This document shows positions 9,491-17,238 of a DNA stretch of 32,000 nucleotides, one piece after another. Each line of letters starts with the position of its first letter. Position 1 is the stretch's first letter. Source of the DNA: Candidatus Saganbacteria bacterium (GTDB lineage Bacteria > Margulisbacteria > WOR-1 > JAKLHX01); NCBI GenBank assembly GCA_026387835.1, contig JAPLKZ010000005.1, positions 30,001 to 62,000 of the forward strand. The letters are read 5' to 3'. Under the pieces are notes generated by a model, which worked only from the letters and a program-made list of their open reading frames with translations, made no database searches and was not told the DNA's origin. The translations under genes were made by a program, and so were the position numbers.

Positions 9491-10495
9491 TTATTTAGTG
9501 ATCTTCAGGTTTATTTCCAGCGGGCCTGCGGAATAGATATCTTTTGAAGTATCCACAGACAGGATGACTGTCCGGTTCATCGATCTTATGTTCTTGGAGG
9601 CATCAAATATCTTTGAATAAGGGATATTGCCGACGGACCCGTCGATGTTCGGCACCATCCGTTTGCTTATCGCCGTCTCATTCACCTGTGACAGTGTCTC
9701 TTTTATCTTTTGCTCTATGGCGGGAAGCGGCTGCCTGCCGTCGACTTCCGACCTTAATATAGTTTCGCCTTTTTTGAATATAAGCGCGTTCTCGAACAAT
9801 TCAAAGTGGACGGGGATCTCTTCACCGAGGATGACATTGCCGGCCGCGACGACCCTGACGATGGTGCTGCCGGGATGCGCCGCCATGAAATTTACCGCTT
9901 CATCCAGTTCGCTGCTCGGCATCAATATGTAATGTTTTTTGTCGCCTTTTACATTGCTTTTGATGATCGAATCGGTCTCGGCAAGGATGCTTCCGAGCTT
10001 GTCCCTGCAGAGCTCCGGCCTGCCGGAAGAATCTATCACGGTCGAAAGGATAACATCATTGACCTTAAAAAGAAGAAGACCCGATCTCGCGGTCCTGATC
10101 TCTTTGCTCAGGTTCTCCTTTGTCTTTGTCAGGGACAGGACATCCTTTTTCGAAGCATCAAGCGTGTTTTTCAGGATCGAGATATCGCTTAAAAGCGCCT
10201 GCCTGTCGGCTTTTATCTTTTCAAGCTCGATGCTTCTTTCGGAGATCATCTTCTTAAGGCCGTCCAGTCCGAAAAGAGCCGTTCTTACATCGGCCGATGC
10301 CAGAAAAAGGATCACACCTGTGGTGAGCGCTATCAGAGAGCCGGTGATCACGGTTATCGCGGTAGCTGTGTGCCTTGGCCTGAGGTTAAATGCCGTGAGC
10401 CTTTTTTTGCCGATAGATCTGCCGACTATATTGCCTATATAGGCGATAAGGCCGGAGACGAAGATTATGACGACGATTATTTGTATTGCGAACAT
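9491..10495 (-). CDS. DUF3084-like membrane/coiled-coil protein
   Basis: Two N-terminal TM segments with GRSIGKKRLTAFNLRPRHTATAITVITG, coiled coil, then an extended domain resembling DUF3084. Confidence 0.7.
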   Translation of the reverse strand: MFAIQIIVVIIFVSGLIAYIGNIVGRSIGKKRLTAFNLRPRHTATAITVITGSLIALTTGVILFLASADVRTALFGLDGLKKMISERSIELEKIKADRQALLSDISILKNTLDASKKDVLSLTKTKENLSKEIRTARSGLLLFKVNDVILSTVIDSSGRPELCRDKLGSILAETDSIIKSNVKGDKKHYILMPSSELDEAVNFMAAHPGSTIVRVVAAGNVILGEEIPVHFELFENALIFKKGETILRSEVDGRQPLPAIEQKIKETLSQVNETAISKRMVPNIDGSVGNIPYSKIFDASKNIRSMNRTVILSVDTSKDIYSAGPLEINLKITK

Positions 10496-10502
10496 CTTGT
10501 AT

Positions 10503-11585
10503 CTATTGCCCCGCCTTGTATAATATCCACCCGCCGATGCCCGCCGTTATCACGTTCGGCAGCCAGGCCGAAAGAAAAGGAGATATCATCTCCATCTCCC
10601 CCGCCGCCATGCCGATGAACATCAGCACATAATAGACAAAAATTATTATAACACTTATGCCGAGCCCGATAGACGAGGATTTTCTTGTCGGATTGAGCCC
10701 GAGCGGAGCCCCCAGAAGAGCGAACACGAAACAGGCGAACGGTATCGAGAGCTTCATGTTGAGCTGGATCAGCAGGTCAGTCACGTTGGCGCCCATCTTT
10801 TTCTTCAGGTCTATATAGTCCCTCAGCGAGTTGAAGTTCATCTCGTCCGGTTTCTTGTCCCCCATATAAAGGTCCGCCGGGGTGAACTTGATGGTGATAT
10901 ACTGCTCGTCGAATTTCAAAAGATGCTTGTATTCCCCCGTGTCGGACAACAGATACGTTATGCCGTTCCTGAACACCCACTTGTCATTCTGCCACTGCGC
11001 GGTCTTGGCGTTGACCAGCTGGCTCAGCTGCCCGTTATTGAATTCCTGTATGATGACCCCTTCCATCACATTGCCTTTGATCTTTCTCGCGTAAAAGATC
11101 CTTTTTAAGGTGCCTTGTTCAAGCTCGGGCATGAAGACGTTATCCTGTATTTTAGGAGCCTTGTCGATCCTTGTCTGCACCATAAGAAAAGCCGAAGCCC
11201 TGTTGGCCTCCGGCACGATTATTTCGTAGAAAGAGAGCGTCAGAAAACTGATGACCAGGCCCATTATAAGGACCGGAACCATAAGCCTGTAAAGGCTGAC
11301 CCCGCCGGCCCTGAAGGCGGTCACTTCCTTGTCGGCCGAGAGCCTTGCGAACGAAAGTATGGCGGCGAGCAGCATCGCCATCGGGAAGATATAGACCATG
11401 ACGGACGGCAGCCTGAACAGAAAAAGCTGCACTGCGATGTAAAAAGGCATGCCCATCAGGATGACCGCTCTTACAAGCTCGAACATGACCATGCTGGCTG
11501 AAAGGATGAGAGTGAAGGCGGCGACCCCGAAAATAAAAGGGTCTAAAAGTTCCTTGATGATGTAACGGTCAAGTATCTTTATCAC
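10503..11585 (-). CDS. LptF/LptG-family LPS export permease
   Basis: ILDRYIIKELLDPFIFGVAAFTLIL, RLPSVMVYIFPMAMLLAAILSFARLSADKEVTAFRAGGVSLYRLMVPVL, C-terminal PLGLNPTRKSSSIGLGISVIIIFVYYVLMFIG. GTG start, 4 nt overlap with lptB. Confidence 0.93.
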   Translation of the reverse strand: MIKILDRYIIKELLDPFIFGVAAFTLILSASMVMFELVRAVILMGMPFYIAVQLFLFRLPSVMVYIFPMAMLLAAILSFARLSADKEVTAFRAGGVSLYRLMVPVLIMGLVISFLTLSFYEIIVPEANRASAFLMVQTRIDKAPKIQDNVFMPELEQGTLKRIFYARKIKGNVMEGVIIQEFNNGQLSQLVNAKTAQWQNDKWVFRNGITYLLSDTGEYKHLLKFDEQYITIKFTPADLYMGDKKPDEMNFNSLRDYIDLKKKMGANVTDLLIQLNMKLSIPFACFVFALLGAPLGLNPTRKSSSIGLGISVIIIFVYYVLMFIGMAAGEMEMISPFLSAWLPNVITAGIGGWILYKAGQ

Positions 11586-12304
11586 AGTTTAAATTCTTCC
11601 CCTAGGTAGATCTTTTTTGCAGTCTCGTCATTGGCTATATATGAAGAATTGCCGGACACAAGTATCTTTCCTTTTTGAATGATGTAAGCGCGGTCTACTA
11701 TAGCAAGGGTCTCCCGGACGTTGTGATCGGTGATAAGTATCCCCAGTCCTTTGTTTTTCAGGTATATGATGATCTTCTGGAGTTCCGATACCGTTATCGG
11801 GTCGATGCCCGTGAAAGGCTCGTCCAGCAGCAGGAACATGGGTTCCATTGCAAGCGCCCGGGCGATCTCGACCCTGCGTGCTTCCCCTCCGGAAAGCTGG
11901 TAGCAGCGGTTGTGGCGCAGGTGCTTCACCCCGAGCTCGTCAAGGACTGTGTCAAGTTTAGGCTGGTAATCCTCTTTTTTTACTTTTCCGGTAGCTTCCC
12001 AAAGCATGATGATGTTCTCTTCCACGGTGAGTTTTTTAAATATGGATTGTTCCTGGGGCAGATACCCGAGTCCCATCTGCGCCCTTTTATGCATAGGCAT
12101 ATAAGTGATCTCGTTGCCTTCGAGGTAGACATGTCCGCTGTCCGGTTTTGCCAGGCCGACGACCATGTAGAACGAAGTCGTTTTTCCGGCGCCGTTCGGG
12201 CCGAGCAGCCCGACCACCTCGCCCTGTTTCACGTCTATCGAAACTTCATCGACGACTTTTTTACTTCCGTAGGATTTGACCAGCTTTTCGGCTTTGATAT
12301 ACAT
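11582..12304 (-). CDS. lptB: LPS export ABC transporter ATP-binding protein
   Basis: Walker A GPNGAGKTTSFYMVVGL, signature LSGGEARRVEIARAL, FLLLDEPFTGIDPITV, GILITDHNVRETL. Confidence 0.96.
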   Translation of the reverse strand: MYIKAEKLVKSYGSKKVVDEVSIDVKQGEVVGLLGPNGAGKTTSFYMVVGLAKPDSGHVYLEGNEITYMPMHKRAQMGLGYLPQEQSIFKKLTVEENIIMLWEATGKVKKEDYQPKLDTVLDELGVKHLRHNRCYQLSGGEARRVEIARALAMEPMFLLLDEPFTGIDPITVSELQKIIIYLKNKGLGILITDHNVRETLAIVDRAYIIQKGKILVSGNSSYIANDETAKKIYLGEEFKL

Positions 12305-12315
12305 AGATAGACTCC

Positions 12316-13335
12316 TTAACTCTGTTTATTCGTAAACTTCTTCAATTCCTCCAGCTTCTTCAATGCTTCGCCTGATCTTATCGCCTGTTCGGCTTTTTTT
12401 ATCCCTTCAGAAAGGTCCGCGGCCTTCCTTCCCACGACTATTGCCGCAGCCGCGTTCAGTACCGCGATATCATGTTTCGGCCCTTTTTCTTTTCCGGAAA
12501 GGACGGCTATGGCGGTCTTTGCGTTGTTGCCCGCTTCCCCGCCGGAAACATCCGACATCCTGCATTTCTTTAGTCCCAATGACTCGGGTTCAATATAGTA
12601 TTCTTTTATTACACCGCCTTCAAGATATGCGACTTTTGTCCTGTCGGACAAAGAGATCTCGTCGATCCCGTCCATCCCGTGGACTACCATCGCGGTCTCG
12701 CAACCCTGGTCTTTGAGCACCTGAGCCATCACAGTAGTAAGACCTGCCGCATACACGCCCATAAGCTGTCCCTTTGTGTTCGCCGGATTGCTTACCGGCC
12801 CGAGGATGTTAAAGACGGTCCTTATGCCGATCTCTTTTCTCGCCGGCGCGGCAAACTTCATGGCTTCATGAAATACCGGCGCAAAGATAAAACCGATGCC
12901 AACCTCATCGATACAATCCCTTACTTGTTCGGGAGCGATATTTATTTTTATCCCCAAAGCTTCAAGAAGGTCCGCGCTTCCGCATCTTGAAGAGACGGCG
13001 CGGTTGCCGTGTTTTGCGACGACCACCCCGGCTCCCGAAGCGATAAAAGCGGACACGGTCGAGATATTAAAAGTTCCCGAGACATCGCCGCCCGTCCCGC
13101 AGGTATCCACGAAATATCTCGTCTTCAATTTCAGGGGGACCGCGTGCTGCCTCATGACCTTTGCGAACCCGGAGATCTCCTCGGCTGTCTCGCCTTTGAT
13201 CCTGAGAGCAGTGATAAGCGAAGCGATCTGGCATGACGTGGTTTTCCCCGTCATTATTTCTTCCATCACGCGGGAAGAATCATCCTTCGTAAGATCTTTT
13301 CCGTCGACAAGGGCCTTTATGTATTCCCGTATCAT
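12316..13335 (-). CDS. trpD: Anthranilate phosphoribosyltransferase
   Basis: FVDTCGTGGDVSGTFNISTVSAFIASGAGVVVAKHGNRAVSSRCGSADLLEALG, FNILGPVSNPA, VVHGMDGIDEIS. Confidence 0.96.
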   Translation of the reverse strand: MIREYIKALVDGKDLTKDDSSRVMEEIMTGKTTSCQIASLITALRIKGETAEEISGFAKVMRQHAVPLKLKTRYFVDTCGTGGDVSGTFNISTVSAFIASGAGVVVAKHGNRAVSSRCGSADLLEALGIKINIAPEQVRDCIDEVGIGFIFAPVFHEAMKFAAPARKEIGIRTVFNILGPVSNPANTKGQLMGVYAAGLTTVMAQVLKDQGCETAMVVHGMDGIDEISLSDRTKVAYLEGGVIKEYYIEPESLGLKKCRMSDVSGGEAGNNAKTAIAVLSGKEKGPKHDIAVLNAAAAIVVGRKAADLSEGIKKAEQAIRSGEALKKLEELKKFTNKQS

Positions 13336-13962
13336 TTAATTCTTTTTAGGGTTGAAAAGCAGGTCAACCGCCTGTCCCTTTACTTTTATCCTCAATGTGA
13401 GAGGGTATTCAAGCCTGAAATTAGAGATGAAACATAGTATCCCGTTCCTTTCCGAACCCTTGTAAATAGGCCTGAACGAAAAATAATTATCAATTCCATA
13501 CTGGATTATCTGCGTTAATTTCCCTTTTGTCGGAGCATCCAGCGCCCCCATGATTGTATTTACCGAGGTATTGATTATCTGGTCCTGTATCGCACTGCTT
13601 CCCGGCCCGCCGGCAACAGTGTTCTTGACGCTCTGGACTTCATCCCGGGTCAGCAGCCTTACCGGCTTGAGGTCCCTTCCGTCAAATAAGGCGATAGAAT
13701 ATTCCCCGGGCTCGATATCGGCCCCTGTGTTATTGATCAATTTGACAGACGAGGCGATGATGTAGTTATAGCCGATCATTGCAGCAGAGATCTTTATCTT
13801 GTCGCCTGAATAATACGCAAAATCGATGTCTTTATCATTGTAGCAGCCGATCTTTCCGGGGTTTTTTTGAGGCTCGTATTTTTTTGTGTTGTACTGGGAT
13901 ACCTGGGAGCAGCCCAACATAAAAGGAAACAGGCAGATAAAAACAACAAGAACTTTTCTCAT
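13336..13962 (-). CDS. Putative lipoprotein
   Basis: Lipobox-like LFPFMLGCSQ N-terminus, directly abuts trpD. Confidence 0.65.
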   Translation of the reverse strand: MRKVLVVFICLFPFMLGCSQVSQYNTKKYEPQKNPGKIGCYNDKDIDFAYYSGDKIKISAAMIGYNYIIASSVKLINNTGADIEPGEYSIALFDGRDLKPVRLLTRDEVQSVKNTVAGGPGSSAIQDQIINTSVNTIMGALDAPTKGKLTQIIQYGIDNYFSFRPIYKGSERNGILCFISNFRLEYPLTLRIKVKGQAVDLLFNPKKN

Positions 13963-13963
13963 A

Positions 13964-14380
13964 TCAGAAACTCCTGCCTACCGAAAAACTGATAGAGTTT
14001 GAATTATTATTCTCGTTGCTTTCCCTGACCGTATTATTGTAATCGGCAGTGGCCTTAAATAGGTATTTCTTTCCGGCCGACACTGAATACGTGACCCTGT
14101 TGGCGTAGATATTGCCTGGGTCGATCGAAGGGACGTTCTGCTGGATGACCGGCATATTTCCCGTCGTTAAAGCTTCAACCCTGGTTTTAGATGCTTTTGC
14201 CGCGGCTTTCCCCTGGTTCTTTACTGTGTAGATGACGTCGACTTTCCCGTCTTTTTTTACGTGGGAATTATCCACCTTAATATCAGTGACGGCAAGGTCG
14301 GGCAGGGGAGGCGGTGCGGACAAAGCAGTTGAAGAGATTAATATCATCGCGATCATGCACGCCGGTACGGTCTTTTTCAT
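13964..14380 (-). CDS. Secreted CARDB-like (adhesion/Ig-fold) domain protein
   Basis: Signal peptide, then PDLAVTDIKVDNSHVKKDGKVDVIYTVKNQGKAAAKASKTRV...LKATADYNNTVRESNENNN, the typical CARDB pattern. Confidence 0.8.
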   Translation of the reverse strand: MKKTVPACMIAMILISSTALSAPPPLPDLAVTDIKVDNSHVKKDGKVDVIYTVKNQGKAAAKASKTRVEALTTGNMPVIQQNVPSIDPGNIYANRVTYSVSAGKKYLFKATADYNNTVRESNENNNSNSISFSVGRSF

Positions 14381-14505
14381 TTCCTACTCCTTTTTGACCA
14401 CTCGTTTGATATATTATATCATTTGTCGGGTCGGTGGTATCTTAAATAAATCTTCTGATTTAGATATACGGGGCTGCATCTTGTTTTGAGATATTGTATG
14501 AACAC

Positions 14506-14533
14506 GGAACATTTTTGATCATTTGATTGTCTA
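14506..14533 (+). promoter_or_regulatory. Predicted ECF sigma promoter: GGAAC-N18-GTCTA upstream of the sigma factor gene
   Basis: GGAAC at 14506-14510 and GTCTA at 14529-14533. Start codon at 14561. Same motif recurs at 15327 and 17187. Confidence 0.65.
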
Positions 14534-14560
14534 TAATTGTAATAGTCGAGGGAGGGACTC

Positions 14561-15052
14561 GTGTCAAAACATTCTTTTGATGAAGTATATGACAGCTGCA
14601 AAAACAGTGTATGGGGATTGATCTCGAAATATTCATTTACAAAAGAAGACAGGGAAGACATCTTCCAGGAGATATTTTTCAATGTCCATAAAGCTTTGCC
14701 GCGTTTCAGGGGGGAATCCTCGATAAAGACCTGGGTCTATAAGATAGCTGTCAACGGGGCGATAAACTATGTCAATAAGCAGAAAAGGCACAGGATGATA
14801 GTCAGCGTGCTCAGTAACTTAAGGATATTAGAACATGAGCCGGCTGAAATCGGAGCTGATGTTGAGATGTTAAAGCCGCTTAAAAAGCTCAATCCGCGGC
14901 AAAGGATGGTGCTTTTACTGTCGGACGTTGAGGAGAAAAAATTGGAAGAAATATCCGGGATCATGAAGATCCCGGTCGGCACGGTCAAATCAAATCTGCA
15001 CCGTGCCAGGGAAATAGTAAGAAAGGAAGCGGTAAAAGATGAAAAAATATAA
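14561..15052 (+). CDS. ECF-family RNA polymerase sigma factor
   Basis: Region 2 FTKEDREDIFQEIFFNVHKALPRFRGESSIKTWVYKIAVNGAINYVNKQKR; region 4 LNPRQRMVLLLSDVEEKKLEEISGIMKIPVGTVKSNLHRARE. GTG start after GGGAGGG. Confidence 0.93.
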   Translation: MSKHSFDEVYDSCKNSVWGLISKYSFTKEDREDIFQEIFFNVHKALPRFRGESSIKTWVYKIAVNGAINYVNKQKRHRMIVSVLSNLRILEHEPAEIGADVEMLKPLKKLNPRQRMVLLLSDVEEKKLEEISGIMKIPVGTVKSNLHRAREIVRKEAVKDEKI

Positions 15053-15323
15053 TGACTACGGGGAATATATAGATCATCTCAAGGAATATAAGGTTGAGTT
15101 CGATGATGTGCGCATGTATTCGCAGATCGAAAGCAGGATGGCCCCGGTCCGGACACCACGCAGGCTGGTAATGGCGGGTGCTTTTACGGTCATTTTGATC
15201 GGATCTTTGACATATTTGATCGGGTCCTCCTATCAGCCGGAAAGCGGGGATGTTCTGTCGGAATATGTATTGCAAAGGCCGGCAGCCGAAAATAATTCCG
15301 TCATAAATTATGTTTTCAGATAA
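15039..15323 (+). CDS. Small single-TM protein, putative anti-sigma factor
   Basis: 94 aa, start overlaps the end of the sigma gene by 14 nt, one TM segment (LVMAGAFTVILIGSLTYLIG) after a ~45-residue cytosolic N-terminus with no zinc motif. Confidence 0.65.
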   Translation: MKKYNDYGEYIDHLKEYKVEFDDVRMYSQIESRMAPVRTPRRLVMAGAFTVILIGSLTYLIGSSYQPESGDVLSEYVLQRPAAENNSVINYVFR

Positions 15324-15326
15324 AGC

Positions 15327-15354
15327 GGAACTTTTTTTGATGAGTTATAGTCTA
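15327..15354 (+). promoter_or_regulatory. Predicted ECF sigma promoter: GGAAC-N18-GTCTA upstream of the Spy-like gene
   Basis: GGAAC at 15327-15331 and GTCTA at 15350-15354. Same 18 bp spacing as at 14506. Confidence 0.7.
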
Positions 15355-15384
15355 ACTATATGTAGAATGGTAAAGGAGAAAAAA

Positions 15385-15864
15385 ATGAAAAACTGGTCTT
15401 TAACGGCAGCCCTGATGATAATGCTCTTGACAGCCGGAAGTTCTCACGCGTTCCCGCATTTTGGCCCGTCTGCGGAAAAGTTTGTCGAACGGATAGCAAA
15501 AGATCTCGGCCTTACCGAAAATCAGAAAAACACTCTTCTTTCCGGAGCAAAGCAGACAGAACTTGAGGAAAAAGATATACATTCAAGCGATAAGGCCATT
15601 TTCGAAAAAATAAAGGAAGAACTCCTGAAAGATAACCCTGACCGCAAGACTATACACGAGTGCATCGAACAGATAGGGCAGAACGAAACAAAGATACAAA
15701 TAAAGCGGATGGACCGGATGATAGATATGCGGAAAATGCTCACCCCCGGGCAAAGGACAAAACTCGAAGCGTTCATGAAAAAAGGAAGAGAACGGGCGGA
15801 AGAAAAGTTCAAAAAAATGAAAAAGAACGACCCAAAGCCCGGAGATCCAAACGGGTCAAAATAA
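15385..15864 (+). CDS. Spy/CpxP-like (LTxxQ) periplasmic protein
   Basis: Signal peptide, then LGLTENQKN and MLTPGQRTKLEAF (two LTxxQ-type motifs) in a highly charged helical protein. AAAGGAG ribosome-binding site before the ATG at 15385. Confidence 0.75.
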   Translation: MKNWSLTAALMIMLLTAGSSHAFPHFGPSAEKFVERIAKDLGLTENQKNTLLSGAKQTELEEKDIHSSDKAIFEKIKEELLKDNPDRKTIHECIEQIGQNETKIQIKRMDRMIDMRKMLTPGQRTKLEAFMKKGRERAEEKFKKMKKNDPKPGDPNGSK

Positions 15865-15943
15865 CACAGCCGATGTATAATATTGTACTTGCCAAATATA
15901 ACGAAAGATATTATAATTGTTCCAATCAATAACTATGGTTAAA

Positions 15944-17119
15944 ATGATAAAGCCGATTATCAGCAGTTTCCTTCTATGTGCCGCATTTGTTTTCATTATC
16001 AGCTTCTATGGATGCGGGGTGTATCCTCCGGCCATAGGCATCATTGTTTCTCCGGCACCGCCCATCATTGTCGGGACCACAGTATCATTATCATGCGAAG
16101 CATCAACAACTTCCGGAAATGTATTGACCTATCTTTGGAGCGCCAGCGGGGGAACGCTTTCAAGCACAGCGGGAAGCCTTGTTCAGTGGACTGCTCCTTT
16201 AACAGCAGGGACATACACAATAAATGTATCAGTCAGCGACGGATCGCAGTCAAGCTCGGCAACCTCTAACATCAGTGTTATTGTCAATGTTCCCAGCATA
16301 ACCGTTCTCACCGCGACACCGGCTTCAGTCGGCCTTGGACTAACATCAATCCTTTCATGCGAGGCCACATCGCCGAACGGAAAACCGCTGACATTTATAT
16401 GGACAGCCGATAAGGGCACGCTTTCGAGCAATTCCGGAAATATTGTTTCGTGGAAGGCTCCCACGACCGCCGGAACCTCAACAATAGGTGTTACCGTTAA
16501 TGATACCCTCGCTACTGTTTCAGGAACTTTAAAAATAGATGCCACAAGCAATCCATTGATAAACAGCCTTACCGCAACATCTTATTCAATAACAGCGGGA
16601 CAATCGGTTGTTTTAACATGCGATGCTACGTCTTCTCTTCTCGGGGGCACTGTGACGATCAATTGGGCTGTCAATGCAGGATCCATTTCACCCAGCATAG
16701 GTCCAAATGTCACATGGACGACTCTACCGACTCTGGCTGCAGGAACCTATACCATTACTGTAACGGTTACCGATAATGCGACGCTGAAAACTAATACTGC
16801 GACTACAAGCATAAATGTTCTTGCGGCGACGGGACCGATTATTCAAAACATCAGTCCTGCTTTGAGTTCCCATGTTGCGCTGAATACAACTTATCCGCTG
16901 CAATGCAATGTTACCAATGAAAATGGCGGCCATAATCTTTTTACTTATTCATGGACGAGCAACGCAGGAGGGACTTTCTCTTCCGATACCGGATATTCAA
17001 CTAACTGGACAAGCCCGGCGAGTATGACAAACCCGACCTCAGTCACGATCACGGTGACTATTACGGACCCTGTTACAGGAATAAGCAAATCAACCACAAC
17101 TAACAGCACATATCCGTAG
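15944..17119 (+). CDS. Lipoprotein with about four tandem Ig/PKD-like repeats
   Basis: Lipobox-like FIISFYGCGVYPP and four repeats of the pattern L-x-C-x(n)-W-x(n)-G-x(n)-W-x-(a/s)P-x-G-x-Y-T-I-x-V-x-V-x-D. Confidence 0.75.
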   Translation: MIKPIISSFLLCAAFVFIISFYGCGVYPPAIGIIVSPAPPIIVGTTVSLSCEASTTSGNVLTYLWSASGGTLSSTAGSLVQWTAPLTAGTYTINVSVSDGSQSSSATSNISVIVNVPSITVLTATPASVGLGLTSILSCEATSPNGKPLTFIWTADKGTLSSNSGNIVSWKAPTTAGTSTIGVTVNDTLATVSGTLKIDATSNPLINSLTATSYSITAGQSVVLTCDATSSLLGGTVTINWAVNAGSISPSIGPNVTWTTLPTLAAGTYTITVTVTDNATLKTNTATTSINVLAATGPIIQNISPALSSHVALNTTYPLQCNVTNENGGHNLFTYSWTSNAGGTFSSDTGYSTNWTSPASMTNPTSVTITVTITDPVTGISKSTTTNSTYP

Positions 17120-17186
17120 TCTTTTATACAGGCCGGTATAAAAACTCTGTTTATTGAGCAAATTAAAAGATATCTGCAATAATTCA

Positions 17187-17213
17187 GGAACCTTTTGTCC
17201 CGCGAATTGTCTA
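17187..17213 (+). promoter_or_regulatory. Predicted ECF sigma promoter: GGAAC-N17-GTCTA upstream of the TolC-family gene
   Basis: GGAAC at 17187-17191 and GTCTA at 17209-17213. ATG at 17239. Confidence 0.65.
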
Positions 17214-17238
17214 ATATAGTATAATTGAATTAAATCTT

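Noticed and set aside
11675-12310. 211-aa plus-strand ORF antisense to lptB
   Set aside because: Antisense to an unambiguous ABC ATPase. The composition is a mirror of the coding strand.
14408-14426. Shared string atattatatcatttgt near 14411 and 2130 as a possible repeat
   Set aside because: 16 bp, AT-rich, overlaps probable -10 promoter sequences. Not enough to call a repeat family.
17127-17155. Inverted repeat AGTCTTTTATAC / GTATAAAAACT after the Ig-repeat lipoprotein gene as a terminator
   Set aside because: AT-rich stem with a bulge and no T-tract. Too weak to call a terminator.
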